DNA of 64,000 nucleotides from an uncultured Gemmatimonadales bacterium. Lineage in GTDB: Bacteria > Gemmatimonadota > Gemmatimonadetes > Longimicrobiales > Longimicrobiaceae. The DNA is taken from positions 7,200,001-7,264,000 of the forward strand of contig OY970303.1 in NCBI GenBank assembly GCA_963716255.1. The letters are read 5' to 3'. Under the pieces are notes generated by a model that saw only the letters and a list, made by a program, of their open reading frames with translations, had not been told where the DNA came from and ran no database searches. Position 1 is the stretch's first letter. Every line of letters starts with the position of its first letter. The translations under genes were made by a program, and so were the position numbers. Positions 19,798-29,072 of this stretch are shown here, in pieces.

Positions 19798-19926
19798 GCG
19801 TGAGGGATTTCGGCCCGAAGGGGCGAGACCCGCGGGCAGTTTCGCGGGGCTCGACTCCGTTAGCGAGCGTTGTTTGCTCGCTTACGGAGCCGAAGCCCGA
19901 CCCCGGCGCCAGCCGGGGGCACGCCC
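19798..19926 (+). repeat. Structured interspersed repeat, copy 2
   Basis: Same core as copy 1; shares the upstream 21 bp GCGGACGCCAGCGCGATGCCC with copy 3. Confidence 0.95.
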
Positions 19927-19951
19927 GAACCCGGCTTTTCAAAAAGCAGTT

Positions 19952-21106
19952 ATGAAGGTGCTGCACGTGATCCCCGCCACCGCGCCCCGGTATGGCGGGC
20001 CCAGCGTCGCCGTGCACGCCATGGCGAAGGGGGTGCGCGCGCTGGGCGCGGAGGTGACCGTCGCCACCACGGACGCGGACGGGCCCGGCCGGCTGCCCGT
20101 GCCGCACGGCCGGCCCGTGGACACGGACGGCGTGGAGTACCGCTACTTTCCCCGCTCGCTCCCCGGCGAGTGGAAGCTGTCGCTCCCGCTGGGAAGGTGG
20201 CTGCACGCGCAGGCCGGACGGTTCGACGTGGTGCACGTGCACGCGCTGTTCTCATACGCCACCATCCCGGGGTGCCGCGCGGCGCTGCGGCGCCGGGTGC
20301 CCTACGTCCTGCGCCCGCTGGGCACGCTGGACCCGTGGAGCCTGGCGCAGGGGAGCGCCCGGAAGCGCCCGTACCTGGCGCTGGTGGAGGGGACGCACCT
20401 CCGCGGGGCGGCCGCGATTCACGCCACCTCCGACGCAGAGGCCGAGGGGATCGCGGCGCTCGGCTTCGGGGCCCGCGTGCGCGTGATCCCGCTGGGCGCG
20501 GAGCCCGCCCCGGCGCCGCGAAGCCGCGGTCCCGGCGGGCCGCTGCGCGTGCTGTTCCTGGGGCGCCTGCACGCCAAGAAGGGGCTCCCGCTCCTCCTGG
20601 ACGCGGTGGCCGAGCTGGCCCGCGAGGGGCGCGCGGAGGTGGAGCTGGTGGTTGCGGGCGACGGCGAGCTGGCGTACCGGCGCGAGCTGGAGGAACGGGC
20701 GCGCGCGCTGGGGATCGCGGGACGGGTGCGCTTCGCGGGGCACCTGGAGGGGAGCGCGAAGGCGGCGGCGCTGGCCGGCGCCGACCTGTTCGTGCTCCCG
20801 TCGTACCAGGAGAACTTCGGGATCGCGGCGGCGGAGGCGATGGCGGCCGGGCTCCCGGTGGTGCTGTCGGACCGGGTGGGGATCGCGGAGCAGGCGGCGG
20901 CCGCGGGCGCGGGCACGGTGGTCCCCTGCGACGCCGGCGCGGTGGCCGCGGCGATCCGGCGGGCGACGCTGGACCCGGAGGCGCGGCTCCGGGCGGGGGA
21001 GTGCGCCGCGCGCCTGGCCCGCGGCGCGTTCGCGTGGGAGCACACCTCGCTGCGGCTCCTGGAGCTGTACCGCGAGCTGGCCTCGGCGGGGAGGGGGGGC
21101 GCATGA
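19952..21106 (+). CDS. GT4 glycosyltransferase
   Basis: MKVLHVIP...GGP, FLGRLHAKKG, PSYQENFGIAAAEAMAAG. Confidence 0.88.
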   Translation: MKVLHVIPATAPRYGGPSVAVHAMAKGVRALGAEVTVATTDADGPGRLPVPHGRPVDTDGVEYRYFPRSLPGEWKLSLPLGRWLHAQAGRFDVVHVHALFSYATIPGCRAALRRRVPYVLRPLGTLDPWSLAQGSARKRPYLALVEGTHLRGAAAIHATSDAEAEGIAALGFGARVRVIPLGAEPAPAPRSRGPGGPLRVLFLGRLHAKKGLPLLLDAVAELAREGRAEVELVVAGDGELAYRRELEERARALGIAGRVRFAGHLEGSAKAAALAGADLFVLPSYQENFGIAAAEAMAAGLPVVLSDRVGIAEQAAAAGAGTVVPCDAGAVAAAIRRATLDPEARLRAGECAARLARGAFAWEHTSLRLLELYRELASAGRGGA

Positions 21107-21978
21107 GCGCGCGCGTGCCGATCGCGGTGGTGGTCCTCACGCGCGACGAGGAGGCCAACCTGGAGGCGTGCCTGGGCAGCGTCGCCGCCTGGGCGGGGGA
21201 GCTGTTCGTGGTGGATTCGGGGAGCACGGACGGCACGCTGGCCATCGCGGAGCGCTTCGGCGCGCGAGTCGTCCACCACCCTTTTACCTCGCACGCGCTG
21301 CAATGGGAGTGGGCGCTGGCCGCCCTTCCGCTCGCCGCGGAGTGGGTGCTGGGGCTGGACGCGGACCAGCGGGTCACCCCGGAGCTGGCGGCGGAGCTGG
21401 CCGGGCTCTTTTCCACGGCCGCGGGGCCCGCCGGGGTGGACGGCCTGTTCATCAAGCGGCGGCAGGTCTTCCGCGGCCGGTGGATCCGCCACGGCGGCTA
21501 CTATCCCAAGTACCTCCTCAAGGCCTTCCGCCGCGCCGCGGTGGCGCTGGACCGCGCGGACCTCATCGACCACCACTTCTACGTGGCGGGCGCCACCGCG
21601 CGATGCCGCCACGACTTGGTGGAGGAGAACCGCAAGGAGGACGACATCGGGTTCTGGATCGACAAGCACAACCGCTACGCGCGCCAGCACGCCCTGGAGG
21701 AGCGCATGCGCGCCGCGGGCGCGGCCTGGAAGGTGGAGCCCCGCTTCACCGGCACGCCGGACCAGCGGGTGCTGTGGCTGAAGCAGCGCTGGTACCGGAT
21801 GCCGCTCTTCGTGCGGCCGGCGATGTACTTCGTGCTGCGATACTTCTTCCAGCTCGGGTTCCTGGACGGCAAGCAGGGCTTCATCTTCCACTTCCTGCAC
21901 GCGTTCTGGTACCGCCTGCTGGTGGACATCCACCTGGACGCCGCCCGCGAGCCGGAGCGGGAGAAAAGGACCGCGTGA
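21103..21978 (+). CDS. GT2 glycosyltransferase
   Basis: VVLTRDEE, VVDSGSTDGT, WVLGLDADQ, LGFLDGKQGFIF. Confidence 0.9.
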   Translation: MSARVPIAVVVLTRDEEANLEACLGSVAAWAGELFVVDSGSTDGTLAIAERFGARVVHHPFTSHALQWEWALAALPLAAEWVLGLDADQRVTPELAAELAGLFSTAAGPAGVDGLFIKRRQVFRGRWIRHGGYYPKYLLKAFRRAAVALDRADLIDHHFYVAGATARCRHDLVEENRKEDDIGFWIDKHNRYARQHALEERMRAAGAAWKVEPRFTGTPDQRVLWLKQRWYRMPLFVRPAMYFVLRYFFQLGFLDGKQGFIFHFLHAFWYRLLVDIHLDAAREPEREKRTA

Positions 21979-22045
21979 CGAGGAACCGGTGTGGTTCAGG
22001 CTCCCCGGGGCAGCATGGTGCCGAAGTCGAGCATGCCGCGCCGTT

Positions 22046-22095
22046 CTCCCCCTTTCCCCCGCTCGCGGGGGAGAGGGGGCCGGGGGGTGAGGGGG
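22046..22095. repeat. REP-like palindromic element
   Basis: CCCCCTTTCCCCCGC-TC-GCGGGGGAGAGGGGG followed by CCGGGGGGTGAGGGGG. Confidence 0.7.
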
Positions 22096-22125
22096 CCCAC
22101 AATCGCGGACGCCAGCGCGATGCCC

Positions 22126-22253
22126 GCGTGAGGGATTCCGGCCCGAAGGGGCGAGACCCGCGGGCAGTTTCGCGGGGCTCGACTCCGTTACGCAGCGTTG
22201 TTTGCTGCGTTACGGAGCCGAAGCCCGACCCCGGCGCAGCCGGGGTCACGCCC
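22126..22253 (+). repeat. Structured interspersed repeat, copy 3
   Basis: Same core as copies 1, 2 and 4. Confidence 0.95.
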
Positions 22254-22276
22254 AGATCGCGCTTTTCCACCCCGAT

Positions 22277-22918
22277 ATGATGGACACGCACGTGGAGTAC
22301 GGGTGGCGGAGCGCCGGCCCGCAGGGCTCCCACGAGTACCTGCTCCCCGCGGCGCTGGAGGAGGTCGCCCGCGCCGCCGCGGGACGGCCGCTGCGCATCC
22401 TGGACCTGGGGTGCGGCAGCGGCTACGTGGCCGCGGAGCTCGCCCGGCGTGGCCACGAGGTGGTGGGCGTGGACGTGTCCGAAGACGGGATCCGTCTGGC
22501 CCGCGACACGTACGGGGCGGAGCGGGCGGGCCTCCGCTTCCACGTGTGCTCGGTGTACGACGACGACTTCGCCGGCCGGGTGGGCGGCGCGGTGGACTGC
22601 GTGCTCTCGCTGGAGGTGGTGGAGCACCTGTACCTGCCGCGCGCGCTCTTCGCGCAGGCGCGGGGCCTGCTGCGGCCGGGGGGCGCGCTGATCGTTTCCA
22701 CGCCGTACCACGGCTACCTCAAGAACCTGGCGATCTCGCTGGCCGGGGGGTGGGACCGCCACTTCGGGGTGGACTGGGACGGCGGGCACGTCAAGTTCTT
22801 TTCCCCCGCCACGCTGCGGCGGATGGCCGCGGAGGCCGGCTTCCGGGACGTCCGCTTCCGGGGCATCGGCCGCGCGCCGCTGCTGTGGAAGTCCACGATG
22901 ATGGTCGCCCGCGGATGA
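22277..22918 (+). CDS. Class I SAM-dependent methyltransferase
   Basis: ILDLGCGSG, LEVVEHL, STPYHGY, GHVKFF; start at 22277 or 22280. Confidence 0.88.
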   Translation: MMDTHVEYGWRSAGPQGSHEYLLPAALEEVARAAAGRPLRILDLGCGSGYVAAELARRGHEVVGVDVSEDGIRLARDTYGAERAGLRFHVCSVYDDDFAGRVGGAVDCVLSLEVVEHLYLPRALFAQARGLLRPGGALIVSTPYHGYLKNLAISLAGGWDRHFGVDWDGGHVKFFSPATLRRMAAEAGFRDVRFRGIGRAPLLWKSTMMVARG

Positions 22919-24138
22919 AGGCATGGGCGCCGCTCCCGGAGGAGCCGGTGTGGCGGCCCGGCGCGCACGCCCCCGCGCTGGACGGGCTGCGGGGCGTCGC
23001 CATCGCGTGCGTGATGCTGTACCACCAGACGCTGATCGCGGGGAGCCCCGCCGCGCTGGACCGGGCCTTCGCCTTTCTCCCGCTGGGCGGCTGGGCGGGG
23101 GTGGACCTGTTCTTCGTGCTGTCCGGCTTCCTGATCACGGGGGTCCTGCTGGACTCGCGGGGCGAGACGGGATACTACCGGAACTTCTACGCGCGCCGCG
23201 CCCTGCGCATCCTGCCGCTCTACTACGCGGTGGCGGCGTTCAGCTTCCTGGTCCTCCCCCGCCTGGGCCACCCCGGGGCGGAGCGCTTCGCGCCGGTCGC
23301 CGCGGACCAGGGCTGGTACTGGCTCCTCCTGTCCAACGTCCCCATCGCGCTCAGCGGGGCGTTCCGGCACGGCGTCATGGACGTGTCGTGGTCGCTGGCG
23401 ATCGAGGAGCAGTTCTACCTGGCGTGGCCGCTGGTGGTGGCGCTCGTGCCGCGGCGGCGCCTGGCCGGGGTGTGCGCGGCGCTCGCGGGGTTCTCGCTCC
23501 TGTGGCGCGCGGGGGCGCTGCTGCTGGGCGCCGGCCCGGTGGCGGTGCTGGTGCTCACCCCGGGCCGGCTGGACGGGCTCGCGGTGGGCTCCCTGGTGGC
23601 GGTCGCCGCGCGCGCGCCCGGGGGGCTCGCCCGCCTGCGCGCGGGGTCGGGGCCGGCGGCGCTCGGCGCGGCCGCCGTGCTCGCCATCGTCGCCGCCGCC
23701 GCGGGAGGGCTCGATCCGCTGCGCCCCGCCATGCAGTCCGTGGGGTACGCCGCCTTCGTGGTCCTCGCGGGGGCGCTGCTGGTGGGCACCCTCGCCGCCT
23801 CCCGGACGTCGGCGCTGGCGCGGACGCTGGAGCGGGCCCCGCTGGTGGCGCTGGGCAGGTACAGCTACGCGCTCTACCTCTTTCACCTCCCGGTGCGGGC
23901 CGTGATCCGCGACGCGCTGCTCGCGCAGGGCTGGCCGCTCACGGTGGGTGGGGCGTATCTTCCGGCGCAGCTCGCCTTCTACGCCGTGTCCACGGGAGCC
24001 ACGCTGGCGCTCGCCTGGGCGAGCTGGCACCTGCTGGAGAAGCGCTTCCTCGCGCTCCGGCGCTTCGTGGGAGGGGAGGGTCCTCCCGCGCGCGCCGCCG
24101 CCCGGGCGCCGGCCGGAGCCGTCGCCGCGGCGGGGTGA
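22915..24138 (+). CDS. Acyltransferase family 3 (OafA-like)
   Basis: LDGLRGVA, GVDLFFVLSGFLIT, RRALRILPLY, WSLAIEEQFY, SYALYLFH. Confidence 0.9.
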   Translation: MKAWAPLPEEPVWRPGAHAPALDGLRGVAIACVMLYHQTLIAGSPAALDRAFAFLPLGGWAGVDLFFVLSGFLITGVLLDSRGETGYYRNFYARRALRILPLYYAVAAFSFLVLPRLGHPGAERFAPVAADQGWYWLLLSNVPIALSGAFRHGVMDVSWSLAIEEQFYLAWPLVVALVPRRRLAGVCAALAGFSLLWRAGALLLGAGPVAVLVLTPGRLDGLAVGSLVAVAARAPGGLARLRAGSGPAALGAAAVLAIVAAAAGGLDPLRPAMQSVGYAAFVVLAGALLVGTLAASRTSALARTLERAPLVALGRYSYALYLFHLPVRAVIRDALLAQGWPLTVGGAYLPAQLAFYAVSTGATLALAWASWHLLEKRFLALRRFVGGEGPPARAAARAPAGAVAAAG

Positions 24139-24183
24139 CCCGCCTTCCGTCCATCCTTCCGCTCGCCAGTCATCCCGAATTCG

Positions 24184-25962
24184 GTGTACATCCTCGGAAT
24201 CAACGCCTTTCACGGCGACGTCTCGGCGGTCCTGCTGCGGGACGGCGAGCTGGTCGCGGCCGTGGAGGAGGAGCGCTTCCGCCGCGTCAAACACTTCGCC
24301 GGCTTTCCCGTGGAGTCCATCCGCAGCGTGCTCGCGGCGGGAGGGATCGGCGGGCGCGACGTGGCGCACGTGGCCGTGTCGCGCGACCCGCGCGCCCACC
24401 TGCTCCGCAAGGCGGTCCACGCGCTGCGGCGGCGCCCGGACCCCGCGCTGCTGCGCGACCGCGTGCGCAACGCCCGCAGGGTGCTGGAGCTGCGCCGGCC
24501 CCTGGCCGCGGCGCTCGGGGTGGACGCCGCGAGCCTGCCGCGCCTTCACCACGTGGAGCACCACCCGGCGCACCTGGCGAGCGCCTTTTTCGTGTCGCCG
24601 TTCGAGGACGCCGCGGTGTGCGCCATCGACGGCTTCGGCGACTTCGTCAGCACCTCCACCGCGCTGGGCACCGGGCGGCGGCTGCGCCTCCTGGACCGCG
24701 TGTACTTTCCCCACTCGCTGGGGCTGATGTACACCGCGGTGACCCAGCACCTGGGCTTTCCGCACTACGGCGACGAGTTCAAGGTCATGGGGCTGGCTCC
24801 CTACGGCGCGCCCGACCGGGTGGACGAGCTGCGCCGGCTGGTGCGCCTCCGCGGCGGCGGCGGCTTCGAGCTGGAGCTGAAGTACTTCCGCCACGCCTCG
24901 GAAGGGGTGGAGATGGAGTGGAGCGACGGCTACCCTACGCTGGGGCGGGTGTACACCCCGGAGCTGGAGCGGCTCCTGGGGCCGGCCCGCGCGCCCGGCG
25001 AGCCCCTCGCCCCGGAGCACGAGGCGCTGGCGCGCTCGCTCCAGGAGGTGTACGAGGAGTGCGCCTTCCACGTGCTGAACGGGCTGTGGGAGCGGACGCG
25101 GAACCCGCGGCTCTGCCTGGGCGGGGGGTGCGCCATGAACAGCGTGGCCAACGGCAAGGTCCGCGAGCGGACGCGCTTCCGCGAGGTCTTCGTGCAGCCC
25201 GCCGCGGCGGACAACGGCACCGCGCTGGGCGCCGCGTACTGGGTGTGGAACCAGCTCCTGGGCCGCCCCCGCGCGGGCGCGATGGAGCACGCGTACTGGG
25301 GGACCTCGTACCCGGACGCGGACGTCGCCGCGCTCCTGGCCGGCCGCGGCGAGGCCGCGCGCGCCCTGGAGGTGCGGCGGTTCGACTGCGAGGAGGAGCT
25401 GTGCCGGGCGACGGCGGGGCTGATCGCGGGGGGGAGCGTGGTGGGATGGTACCAGGGCCGCATGGAGTGGGGGGCGCGCGCGCTGGGGAACCGCAGCATC
25501 GTCGCCGACCCGCGCCGGGCCGACATGCGCGAGCTGATCAACACCAAGATCAAGTTCCGCGAGAAGTTCCGGCCCTTTGCCCCGTCGGTGCTGGAGGAGC
25601 GGGTGGACGACTGGTTCGAGGGCGCCTCCGCGGACCCGTTCATGCAGCAGGTGTTCCCGGTGCGCCCCGAGATGCGCGAGCGGGTGCCGGCAATCACCCA
25701 CGTGGACGGGACGGGGCGTCTGCAGACGGTGAGCGAGCGCACCAACGCACGCTACTACGCCCTGATCCGCGCCTTCCAGGCGCTGACCGGCGTCCCCATG
25801 ATCCTCAACACCTCGTTCAACGAGAACGAGCCCATCGTGGACACGCCGGAGCAGGCGCTGGACTGCTTCCTCCGCACGCGGATGGACGCGCTGGTGATCC
25901 ACGACACCCTGGTCCGCCGCCCCTGCGATTCTGGACATCCCCCGGCGGCCCCTCTATCTTGA
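24184..25962 (+). CDS. O-carbamoyltransferase (NodU/CmcH family)
   Basis: EEERF, HHPAH, DGFGD, GGCAMN, ARALGNRS, RPFAP, NTSFN. Confidence 0.92.
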   Translation: MYILGINAFHGDVSAVLLRDGELVAAVEEERFRRVKHFAGFPVESIRSVLAAGGIGGRDVAHVAVSRDPRAHLLRKAVHALRRRPDPALLRDRVRNARRVLELRRPLAAALGVDAASLPRLHHVEHHPAHLASAFFVSPFEDAAVCAIDGFGDFVSTSTALGTGRRLRLLDRVYFPHSLGLMYTAVTQHLGFPHYGDEFKVMGLAPYGAPDRVDELRRLVRLRGGGGFELELKYFRHASEGVEMEWSDGYPTLGRVYTPELERLLGPARAPGEPLAPEHEALARSLQEVYEECAFHVLNGLWERTRNPRLCLGGGCAMNSVANGKVRERTRFREVFVQPAAADNGTALGAAYWVWNQLLGRPRAGAMEHAYWGTSYPDADVAALLAGRGEAARALEVRRFDCEEELCRATAGLIAGGSVVGWYQGRMEWGARALGNRSIVADPRRADMRELINTKIKFREKFRPFAPSVLEERVDDWFEGASADPFMQQVFPVRPEMRERVPAITHVDGTGRLQTVSERTNARYYALIRAFQALTGVPMILNTSFNENEPIVDTPEQALDCFLRTRMDALVIHDTLVRRPCDSGHPPAAPLS

Positions 25963-25979
25963 GCGCTCCCAACTCGATC

Positions 25980-26639
25980 ATGCCCCGCATGCACCTCCGG
26001 ATGTTCCTCCCCGCAGCCCGCCGGATCCTCCTCGCGCTGCTCGTGGCGCTCGGCGCGGGCCTGCAGGCCGCGCAGGCGCAGGCCGTCCCCGCCGAGGAGC
26101 AGGTGCTGAAGCCGGGCGACCGCGTCCGCATCACCGTGTGGCGCAACCCGGAGCTTTCGGGGACCTTCGACATCGGGCCGCGGGGCGAGGTCCAGCACCC
26201 GCTCTACCGCACCCTGGTGGTCGCCGGGCTCCCCATCGACCGCGTCGAGGCGGAGGTCCGCGACTTCCTCCGCGCCTTCGACGCCAGCAACCCCGACTTC
26301 CTGGTGGAGCCGCTCTTCCCCGTGACGGTGACCGGGGAGGTGGTCACGCCCAGCCGCTTCGACCTGCCCCCGGGATACACCGTGGGGCGGGCGATCGAGC
26401 GCGCGGGCGGCGCCGACGCGGGGGGGCGGCTGGACCGGGTGGTGCTCACCCGCGGCGGCGCGCGGAGCCGGGTGAGCCTGCGCGACCCCGGCCCCGCGGG
26501 CGCGGGGATGCTCGTGAGGTCGGGCGACCAGCTGCGCGTGGAGCCGACCCGCCGCTGGCGCGACTACGCGCAGGTGGGCTCGTACCTGGTGAGCGTGGGC
26601 ACCTTCGTGCTCGCCACCTACCAGGTGCTCCGCTCGTAG
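25980..26639 (+). CDS. wza: Polysaccharide export protein (Wza-like, Poly_export + SLBB)
   Basis: Signal peptide, LKPGDRVRITVW, VTVTGEV..P, AIERAGG; alternative ATGs at 25989 and 26001. Confidence 0.75.
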   Translation: MPRMHLRMFLPAARRILLALLVALGAGLQAAQAQAVPAEEQVLKPGDRVRITVWRNPELSGTFDIGPRGEVQHPLYRTLVVAGLPIDRVEAEVRDFLRAFDASNPDFLVEPLFPVTVTGEVVTPSRFDLPPGYTVGRAIERAGGADAGGRLDRVVLTRGGARSRVSLRDPGPAGAGMLVRSGDQLRVEPTRRWRDYAQVGSYLVSVGTFVLATYQVLRS

Positions 26640-26720
26640 CCGGCTCCGCCGCCACGCCCGGCCGGCGCGCCGGCCGTTCCCGGCTCCCCACGCATCCGTA
26701 TCCCCCACCGCGGGACCTGC

Positions 26721-29072
26721 ATGTCACAGCACCCTGAGTACCGGGCGGAAGATCCGCTGGACTGGAACCCGCGCGCGGGCTCCGCCGGCGACGAGGCGGG
26801 CCAGCTCCGCACCCTCGCGGTGGGCGTCGCCCGCCGGTGGTGGCTCGTCGCCCTGGGGCTCGCGGCCGGGCTGGGGTGCGCGGCGTACCTCGCCGTGGAC
26901 GAGGACCCGCAGTTCCGCTCCACCGCCACCATCTGGGTGCCGCAGGCCGCGGCGGACGGGAGCCCGCTGGGCGGGATCGGGTCCCTCATGGGGCTGGGCG
27001 GGGGCGGGGCCTCGCTGTCGGAGCTGGAGCTGGTCCGCAGCCGCGCCCTGGGCGGGGAGGTGGTGGACTCGCTGGGGCTCCGGCTCCAGGGGGTCGAGGG
27101 CGCCGCCCGGTTCGTGGACACGGCGCGGGTGGAGCCGGACGCCCCAGGCGGGACGCTGGTGCTGGCGTTCGGCGCGGACGGGGTGCGCGCGGAAGCGGGC
27201 ACGGAGTCCGCGCGCGCGCCGTACGGGCGGCTCTTCCGGGTGGCCGGCGTCCGGCTTCGCGTCCCCCGGCACCCGGGCGTGGAGCGCGCCGAGTTCCGGG
27301 TGGTGTCGCGCGACGACGCCATCGGCCGGTTCCAGGAAAACGTCATCGTGCGGCCGCGCGACCGCACCACGGTGGTGGACGTGGGGATCACGGCGCCCTC
27401 GCCCAGGCTGGCGGAGCGGAGCGCCAACCTGGCGGTGGACCTGCTGCGGCAGTCGCACTCGCGGAGGACCGAGGCGGAGGTCCAGGAGCGCGGCCGGCGG
27501 CTCCGCCAGCAGATCGCCTTCAACGATTCGTCGCTGCACGCCGCGCAGGCGCAGCTCGCTGGCTTCCGCAGCGCCCAGGAGACCTACAACTCGGGCGATC
27601 TCTTCCGCGCCCGCGAGTCCGAGCGGATGGGGCTGGAAACGGAGCTGTCCGAGCTGCGGGAGAGCCGCGCCGCGTACGCGGCGCTCCTGGAAGGGCTGCG
27701 CTCCCCCGGCGCCGCGCAGGACCGCGGGCTCGACGTGTTCATCGCCTCGCCCGGCGTCATGGGGCAGCCGCTGATCTCGCAGCTCTACGGGTCGCTGGTG
27801 CAGTACCAGACGCAGCGCGACAGCATGACGGCGGGACGGTGGGGGCGCCCGGCCGGCCACCCGGACGTGGCGCGGGTGGACGAGCTCATCTCCGAGACCC
27901 GCCGGCGCCTGGTGGGCGCGGCGGGGAGCGCGCTGCAGGCGCTGGACGGGCAGATCGCGGGGGTGGAGCGACGGCGCGCGCAGACGCAGGCGAAGATGCA
28001 GCCGCTCCCCGCCGCCGACGCGCGCGAGGAGGCGGTGCTGCGCCAGATCGAGGGGCTGGGCCGGATGTCGCTGCTGCTGCGCGAGGAGTACACGCGCCAG
28101 CAGCTCGCCACGGCCGGCGACTCCATCCGGGTGATGGACCGGGCGCTCCCCGGGTGGCGCGTCAAGGTCAACCTCGTGCAGATGCTGGTGCTGGGGGTCT
28201 TCGGCGGGCTGGTGGTGGGGGTGGGCGGCGCGGCCGTGCTCACGACGCTGGACTCCACGCTGCGCACGGCCGCGGACGCGGAGCGGGTCCTGGGGCTGCC
28301 GATCCTGTCCGTCGTCCCGGCGGAGGGGCGGCGGAGCGGGACGCTCGCCGCGCCCGGAGGCCGCGGCGGGGAAGCGTACCGTACGCTGCGCACCAACCTG
28401 CGCTTTTCCCGGGTGGCCCCCGGGGTGCGCACCCTGGCCGTGACCAGCGCCGCCCCCGGCGAGGGCCGCTCCACCGTGGCCGCGAACCTCGCCGTCACCG
28501 TGGGCAGGCAGGGGGCGCGGGTGCTCCTGGTGGACTGCGACCCGGGGCGCGCGCGCCTGCACGCCGTGTTCGGGGCGGAGCGCGAGCCGGGGCTGACGGA
28601 CCTGCTCCTGGGCGACGCGGGGTGGGACGCGGCGGTGCGTCCCACCGGCGCCGCCAACGTTTCCCTCCTCCCCGCGGGGACCCCGGTGGGGCTGAGCGCT
28701 TCCGAGGTGCTGGAGAGCGGCGCCCTGCAGCCGACGCTCGCGGAGCTCGCGACCCGCTTCGACCTGGTGGTCCTGGACATCCCTCCGGTCCTCGCCGACA
28801 CCGCGGGGAGCGCCAGCGTGGCCGCGGCCGCGGACGGCGTGATCCTGGTGGTCCGCGCGGGGCGCACCGGCCGGGAGCCGGCCCGCCTCGCCCTTCGCCA
28901 GCTCGCCGCGGTGCACGCGCAGATGGCGGGCGTGGTCCTGAACGACGCGCCCGGGGGCGGCGAGCCGCGCACGCACCCCGCGGGCCTGCTCCCGCCGCGC
29001 CGCGCCGGAGTGCAGGTGGGCAGGATCGCGGCCGACGCGGGCGACCGCGTGCTCCCCGGACCCCGGGGATGA
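26721..29072 (+). CDS. wzc: Wzc-like chain-length regulator with degenerate BY-kinase domain
   Basis: Two TM segments flanking a coiled-coil region; EAYRTLRTNL, VTSAAPGEGRST, LLVDCD, VVLDIPP, GVVLN. Confidence 0.85.
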   Translation: MSQHPEYRAEDPLDWNPRAGSAGDEAGQLRTLAVGVARRWWLVALGLAAGLGCAAYLAVDEDPQFRSTATIWVPQAAADGSPLGGIGSLMGLGGGGASLSELELVRSRALGGEVVDSLGLRLQGVEGAARFVDTARVEPDAPGGTLVLAFGADGVRAEAGTESARAPYGRLFRVAGVRLRVPRHPGVERAEFRVVSRDDAIGRFQENVIVRPRDRTTVVDVGITAPSPRLAERSANLAVDLLRQSHSRRTEAEVQERGRRLRQQIAFNDSSLHAAQAQLAGFRSAQETYNSGDLFRARESERMGLETELSELRESRAAYAALLEGLRSPGAAQDRGLDVFIASPGVMGQPLISQLYGSLVQYQTQRDSMTAGRWGRPAGHPDVARVDELISETRRRLVGAAGSALQALDGQIAGVERRRAQTQAKMQPLPAADAREEAVLRQIEGLGRMSLLLREEYTRQQLATAGDSIRVMDRALPGWRVKVNLVQMLVLGVFGGLVVGVGGAAVLTTLDSTLRTAADAERVLGLPILSVVPAEGRRSGTLAAPGGRGGEAYRTLRTNLRFSRVAPGVRTLAVTSAAPGEGRSTVAANLAVTVGRQGARVLLVDCDPGRARLHAVFGAEREPGLTDLLLGDAGWDAAVRPTGAANVSLLPAGTPVGLSASEVLESGALQPTLAELATRFDLVVLDIPPVLADTAGSASVAAAADGVILVVRAGRTGREPARLALRQLAAVHAQMAGVVLNDAPGGGEPRTHPAGLLPPRRAGVQVGRIAADAGDRVLPGPRG

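Noticed and set aside
19652..19951. Shared peptide (RVRDFGPKGRD...GSTPL) in several ORF-track translations as a protein domain
   Set aside because: It is the repeat read through in different frames and strands; variation follows base pairing, not codons.
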